From contig NC_068987.1 in NCBI RefSeq assembly GCF_001194135.2, positions 93,950,066 through 94,014,065 of the forward strand: a DNA stretch of 64,000 nt. Direction: 5' to 3'. The stretch is from Octopus bimaculoides. Its lineage: Eukaryota. The notes below the pieces were generated by a model. The model was not told where the DNA came from. It did no database searches and was given only the letters and a program-made list of their open reading frames with translations. Made by a program: the position numbers and the translations under genes. Shown here piece after piece: positions 63,696 to 64,000 of this stretch (positions within the stretch are counted from its first letter, which is position 1; every line of letters begins with the position of its first letter).

Positions 63696-64000
63696 TTTAC
63701 AAATAGTTATAGTGATAGACAGACAAATAGACAGACTGATAGACAGTCACACAGACAGACAGATAGACAGTTAGACAGATAGAAAATTTACCCAAGCCCT
63801 CAAGTATAAATGGATAAAAAGCAAAACCACTTTAACAGAGTTTATATTGATTTGTGTATCTCGTAAATGCAACTCCTGCTTTTGTGAGTTGATCTCAGTG
63901 GAATAAGAAGCCAAAATATATTTGAGACCGGAAGGTAGTCGATATCAGAACACTTCTGCTCACAGTATATGAAATAATGTATTTCGTTGGCGCTCTAGTT

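Noticed and set aside
34-63774. All long ORFs in the supplied track (poly-I/L/S/H/E, CV/HT/YI repeats, X-rich)
   Set aside because: They are translations of microsatellites and N gaps. The only informative parts are TE fragments already annotated (35792, 16925/16980, 47375, 59495, 48127).
1-64000. CRISPR arrays, tRNA or rRNA genes
   Set aside because: No repeat-spacer arrays are present. The tRNA-like A/B boxes all belong to SINE heads and do not form complete cloverleaves.

Overview
AT-rich, microsatellite-saturated animal genomic DNA with 19 N-gaps, mostly flanked by (TA)n or (CA)n. The SINE families and repeat landscape look like an Octopus (coleoid cephalopod) genome; this is inference from sequence style, not a database match. 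Essentially every ORF in the supplied track is a microsatellite or gap artefact. Supportable content: about 20 copies or fragments of 3-4 tRNA-type SINE families; at least five (up to seven) decayed R4/Dong-like restriction-endonuclease LINE fragments, most abutting (TAA)n, including three different ones stacked at 47.2-48.3 kb; a Tx1/L1 3' end; Penelope-like relics with hammerhead-ribozyme folds; a DD37D Tc1/mariner remnant; and two MITEs. No complete, recognisable host gene is present. The best novel candidates are (1) a phase-compatible minus-strand exon pair (44453-44312 and 39352-39147) missed by the ORF track, with an in-frame TGA-C and a by-eye VIP/secretin-like peptide spanning the junction, (2) a near-complete hammerhead fold at 42.8 kb, (3) a cluster of POU MORE palindromes at 43.7 kb, and (4) several short fold-back inversions.
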